From positions 14,742 through 78,741 of the forward strand of contig JAPDQY010000002.1 in the NCBI GenBank assembly GCA_034505235.1: a stretch of 64,000 nucleotides of DNA, written 5' to 3'. The position numbers and the translations under genes were made by a program. The notes beneath the pieces were generated by a model, which was not told the DNA's origin, did no database searches, and saw nothing but the letters and a program-made list of their open reading frames with translations. This DNA is from Candidatus Coneutiohabitans thermophilus (GTDB taxonomy: Bacteria; Zhuqueibacterota; Zhuqueibacteria; Zhuqueibacterales; Zhuqueibacteraceae). Below, in pieces: positions 60,115 to 64,000 of the stretch (positions are counted from its first letter, which is position 1; each line of letters begins with the position of its first letter).

Positions 60115-60939
60115 TCACTGGCAGCGTGAAAGTTGACGGAAGAAATCACGCAGCAGGTCGCTCTGGTCTGGACGATAGAAAATGAGGAACGCCGAGATCT
60201 GTGTTTCATCCTCCAGGCGCCGAATTGCCCGGAGGTTGTCCTCCACTGTGCCCCGTTCCGGAACGATCGAGAGCTGAATGAAAGTGAGCGTCTGGGGTGA
60301 TGCTTCACGGATTTGACCGACCACGTTTCTCACCTCCGTCTCCAGAAGCTGCTCATCTTGGAGAAATGCCTGAAATTGCAGCGTGATCGCCTCCATGAAA
60401 CGGGCCACTCTGCCCCAGTCCCAGTTGGCGCCACGCAATTGGCCATAAGGTGGTGTGACCATGAACTGAAAACCGTGTCGCCGGCTCACCTGTTGTCCGC
60501 GCTCAAAAAACCCGAGGGAAGCCTGTTGGTCCCGGGTGAACTCGGGCGAGAACTCCGGGCCGCCTTCGTAGTCGTAGACCACCCAGTCGAGACTTTGTGG
60601 CAGGCGTGGAACCCGCGCCTCCAACTCGTCGATGGCAACATACCCCGCCCACGACAACACCCGCACTCCCGTCTTGATCCGGCTTTGGGCTTCGTTGGCT
60701 TTTGATATTGCCCATTGCGCCTGGCTGTCCGGACCGCCGACCAGGAGATAATCTCCAGGCAGCAGGTGATCGGCAAAGATTTTTAAAAGCGAATCGGCAA
60801 AAGGATTCCTGGTCAGCAGGAAGGCGAGGCGGGCCTGAGAGCAAGGAGAGGATTTACTTTCCTGGCTCAATGTGTTACGGCCGGAACAGCCGAGAATCAG
60901 GAGCCCGGCCAGCGCCCCCGCCAAACAGTGTTTTCTCAT
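60115..60939 (-). CDS. Hypothetical lipoprotein
   Basis: Lipobox ILGC after MRKH; alternating beta/alpha pattern with WVVYDYE; no family recognised. Confidence 0.6.
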   Translation of the reverse strand: MRKHCLAGALAGLLILGCSGRNTLSQESKSSPCSQARLAFLLTRNPFADSLLKIFADHLLPGDYLLVGGPDSQAQWAISKANEAQSRIKTGVRVLSWAGYVAIDELEARVPRLPQSLDWVVYDYEGGPEFSPEFTRDQQASLGFFERGQQVSRRHGFQFMVTPPYGQLRGANWDWGRVARFMEAITLQFQAFLQDEQLLETEVRNVVGQIREASPQTLTFIQLSIVPERGTVEDNLRAIRRLEDETQISAFLIFYRPDQSDLLRDFFRQLSRCQ

Positions 60940-61256
60940 GCCGAAAACCATCCTTTCACGTCTGAGCGCACGGGAAAGCCGGTGGTGAGACAGACGATAC
61001 GCTGTACCGAACAAAATCTTTGCTGGCATGCCGACCCCACCCGCAACGATGTAACTGCCATCGCCGGATGCTGGTGCTGAAGCTTTGCGCTTTGAAATGC
61101 AAATTCCAACTCCAAACCAGGTATACATCCTTTCAGGCGTTGTCGTACACGCAGACCTTGCTGTGCGACTTGTTCGTGCGGGCGCAGGGCTTGCCGATAG
61201 ACCACGGCGTCATCTCGCCCGTCGAAGCGGAAGAATGGCTCCGCGATTCCACCCGG

Positions 61257-63896
61257 TCATTCGGCCTTCTCCTCCATGATCGTAGCGCGAATCTGGCGGA
61301 GCGTTTCTCTGACCTTTTGCTCGAGGGTTGCTTGTTTGATGCCGCCTTCCGCTCGAGCTTCCAGCCTGACCTCAACTTTTAACTCAGCACCGTCTTGCCG
61401 AATGGGCATGACGACCCCACGGACGAACTCGGAGAATTTATCCCACGGGATGGTTGCCTGCAAGTGGTAGGCGTGTATGGTCCTGGTCGTCATCGCAGCG
61501 GGCTGAGTTGGCTTACTATCAACTTCAGCAACCTTCGACGGCGGTTGTGTTCCCACCTGTTCTACGCCGGTTGTTCCTGAGGAGGGCTGATAGGGCATCA
61601 TCGGCTCACGCACGAGAATGGCCTCCGCGTCAGACTCAGATAGCGATGGCCTTTCGCGGAGGAAAACGCGCTCACCAATCCTCACCCCGAACGTTCCTTC
61701 CTGCACGCCTTGCGCCACGGCTTCCAGCAGCACCTCTTTACGCTCCAGCATGGGAAGATTCGGATATCTCAAAAACGCCTCGTAGATTTCGTCCACGGGT
61801 TTTTCCTGTTCCCCCTCTCGCAAGGCTTTTTCCAGAATGCGCCTGGGCGAGATTTTGGCAAGCAGCAGGTCTTCCCCGCACAGATACTCGCGCACCCGAT
61901 GAGCGAGCGAAGGCCTGGCGCCCACCGTGGGCAGGCCGAGGTCCAACCAGCGGTAGCCTTGTTCATCGGCTTTGGCCAGGTGCCGATAGGCGCTCAATAA
62001 CTGGTGCGCAATTCCGCTTTCGGCATCTTTGAGCTTGTTGTCCAATCCCTTTTTGTTCTCCTCGGAGAGCTGCCGCAGCAGGGCTTTGTCGTCGCGAATG
62101 GCGCGATAGGTCAGGTAGCGCTTAATCTGCTGGCGGGCGCTGGCCAGTTCGCCGGCATCCGTAGTCAGGAGAAGCAGGGTGTTGCGGTAGGTGCGAAAGG
62201 TCTGCCCGCATTTTTCGAGCAGTTCGCGGGCAAAGGTTTCGCTCTCGGCCGCTTTGCGCGTGTATTCCGGCGAAAGCATCGCCAGTTTCAGTTCTTTCGT
62301 GTCCGGGACATCCTGCGAGGTCTGCGGCCAAAGAGTAACCCGCAGCTCGGCGCCGGCGAGTTTCTCCAGCCGTGCCCGCATCTCCTCGGTGATCTGCTCA
62401 GGCCGCACCGCTTCTTCTTTTTCCACGATGACGCGATTGAGATTGGGCTGGCTGGAAAACTGGTAGCTGCCGCCCTCCACGTGCAGGTACCACAGCTCCT
62501 CCTCCAGCCGGCGCAAGGCGTCGGCGATGATCGCCGCAGGCAGCCCCGGTTGCAACAGCGCCAGGCGCAGCCGCTGAATTCCCACGCCGCGCTTTTCGCT
62601 GCCGCTGAAAGAACCAAAAAAGATGGCCCGCGCCAGGCCCCCGGCCACGCCAAAACGGGCGTACTCGGAGCCCATTTCGCGATCAACCCTTTCCGCTTTG
62701 GCATTCCCGTCCGCGATGTCCGAGGCAATCACCCCTAAGTACTCGTTGCCGATGTGGCGCACAAATTCCGCGCGCACCGCCGGGTTGGCGAGGTTGAGGT
62801 GGGCGGGCAAAATCAGCGGTGCCGGGTGCTGCTTCTGGTAAAGCTCGCTCACCACGTTCGCCAGCAGGCGCAGCACCCCGCGGGTGCGTTGGAAATCGGG
62901 GAAGGTGCTCCAACGCTCGAACAGCACGTCAATGAGTTCGGGATGAAACGGATAGGCCTTGCGTATCCGCTCGCGGTAGGCCGGCTCGCGCACCTCTTTG
63001 GGCAGATCATCGCCTTGCTGCCGGTATAGCTCAAAAAACTCCTCGGCGGTTCGGCGAATTTCCTGCGGATCGCCCATGTCCTCAAACAGCCGCCGGCGGA
63101 TGACCTCGTAGATTTCCTCCCCTTCCACCGGCGTCTTAATACTCTCCACGCGCTTGAACACCTGCTGCAGTTCGTGCAGTGCCCGCTCGCCACTCTCGCC
63201 ATAGGGGGCGCTGGAGGGCAGGGTTACCACCAGCGCACAGCGCGGCAACACCTTCACTGTCTCAGTCAGCTCTTGATAAAACGCCACCACCTGGTCGCGG
63301 AAATCTTTGGCCTTGACCGCGTACTCGGCGATCTCGTCCATCAAAATCAGCGTGGGCTGTGCGCCCAGAATTCTGTGGAGCAGGTCCTTGCCCGGGGCGC
63401 GGCGTTTCTTGTCATGCTCTTGCAGGAGATCGTATTTTCCCAATTGCCGGGCCAACTCGCCCCAGGGTGTCCGCCCCGTGAGCGCGTCCACGTTCGTGCC
63501 CACGAAGGTCACCGCCGCCGCCTTTGGCACGGAGCCCGCGCCGGCGCGCTTGAGAATCTCGGCCACTGCCCCCAATTTGCTCAGCTCCTCCCCGTGCTTG
63601 ATGAAGTGATACAGCGCGATGAGGCTATGAGTTTTTCCGCCACCGAAGGGGGTTTGAATTTGAATGACTGCCTCACCGCTGCCGGCGCCGGACAACCGAC
63701 CCCGCATCGCTGCCAGCAGGTTCAAAAGCCCCTGGGTCGGGTAGGTTTTGCGGAAGAAGGTGGCTGCGTCGCGGTATTCCAGCGGCCCGCGCCCGGCCAC
63801 CACGTCGGAAAGGTCGGCGGCAAAAACCGACTCATCCAGCCTGCCGGTGCGGATATCAATGTGCGGGGTGGTCACTTGCGTCCAGGATTTCATCAT
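61257..63896 (-). CDS. DUF499 AAA+ ATPase
   Basis: FAADL, FFRKTYPT, Walker A TPFGGGKTHSLIALYH, Walker B LILMDE, VIRRRLF, YPFHPELI, FQRTRGVLRLLA. Confidence 0.88.
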   Translation of the reverse strand: MMKSWTQVTTPHIDIRTGRLDESVFAADLSDVVAGRGPLEYRDAATFFRKTYPTQGLLNLLAAMRGRLSGAGSGEAVIQIQTPFGGGKTHSLIALYHFIKHGEELSKLGAVAEILKRAGAGSVPKAAAVTFVGTNVDALTGRTPWGELARQLGKYDLLQEHDKKRRAPGKDLLHRILGAQPTLILMDEIAEYAVKAKDFRDQVVAFYQELTETVKVLPRCALVVTLPSSAPYGESGERALHELQQVFKRVESIKTPVEGEEIYEVIRRRLFEDMGDPQEIRRTAEEFFELYRQQGDDLPKEVREPAYRERIRKAYPFHPELIDVLFERWSTFPDFQRTRGVLRLLANVVSELYQKQHPAPLILPAHLNLANPAVRAEFVRHIGNEYLGVIASDIADGNAKAERVDREMGSEYARFGVAGGLARAIFFGSFSGSEKRGVGIQRLRLALLQPGLPAAIIADALRRLEEELWYLHVEGGSYQFSSQPNLNRVIVEKEEAVRPEQITEEMRARLEKLAGAELRVTLWPQTSQDVPDTKELKLAMLSPEYTRKAAESETFARELLEKCGQTFRTYRNTLLLLTTDAGELASARQQIKRYLTYRAIRDDKALLRQLSEENKKGLDNKLKDAESGIAHQLLSAYRHLAKADEQGYRWLDLGLPTVGARPSLAHRVREYLCGEDLLLAKISPRRILEKALREGEQEKPVDEIYEAFLRYPNLPMLERKEVLLEAVAQGVQEGTFGVRIGERVFLRERPSLSESDAEAILVREPMMPYQPSSGTTGVEQVGTQPPSKVAEVDSKPTQPAAMTTRTIHAYHLQATIPWDKFSEFVRGVVMPIRQDGAELKVEVRLEARAEGGIKQATLEQKVRETLRQIRATIMEEKAE

Positions 63897-64000
63897 TATT
63901 GCTCCTCAAATAAACGACGTTGTTGTTCCAGTCTGTAACTTTTGCGGCCATAGAGCAGCCCTTGCAGGGCCTGCTTTTCCTTGTCGCCCTCGGGCAGCAC
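63896..64000 (-). CDS. C-terminus of upstream gene, probably a DUF1156 DNA methyltransferase (partial)
   Basis: VLPEGDKEKQALQGLLYGRKSY..LFEEQ*; its TAA overlaps the DUF499 ATG (TAATG). The E..LL.GLL-like ending and the context fit DUF1156. Confidence 0.5.
   Translation of the reverse strand: MLPEGDKEKQALQGLLYGRKSYRLEQQRRLFEEQ

Noticed and set aside
60936-61205. 89-aa ORF after DUF499 as an accessory (DUF3780-like) gene
   Set aside because: GTG start without an RBS, no recognisable motif, and it overlaps the lipoprotein start.

Overview
GC-rich bacterial chromosomal window, mostly housekeeping and envelope genes. Four proteins end in FlgD-like/Por-type C-terminal sorting domains (NYPNPFNP.T.I...SGxYxxRL) and there is a PorP/SprF-like barrel, which suggests an FCB-group organism, possibly KSB1/Calditrichota-like (inference only). 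In order: a sigma-54 response regulator with twin palindromic sites downstream; a recQ pseudogene with 4 frameshifts; hflKC; a long minus-strand run (PHP/SMC-like ATPase, cysS, transglutaminase-like protein, CTD protein, Omp28-like CxxC protein, PEGA-CxxC lipoprotein, TlpA, DUF6029-like barrel, four exported hydrolases); a pentaheme cytochrome c lipoprotein divergent from lipoprotein MsrB and MsrA; glk, an FAD/FeS oxidoreductase, gltS, a tal-pgi fusion with a degenerate Tal domain and an RmlD-like SDR; hsp20 with a sigma-54 promoter; DUF971; two tandem ~1150-aa secreted double-propeller paralogs; thiI-trmI-DHS-like-DinB; tRNA-Pro(CGG); GT2; a PorP-like/OmpA fusion; SRPBCC; dnaE; a GATase; a lipoprotein; and the end of a DUF499/DUF1156-like restriction-like module cut by the window edge. 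No CRISPR array, rRNA or transposase was seen. Best candidates for undescribed systems: the outer-membrane thiol-redox cluster (13079-19260), the pentaheme/Msr lipoprotein trio (26106-29094) and the tandem double-propeller proteins (40303-47614). All family calls come from motifs read by eye, not from database searches.
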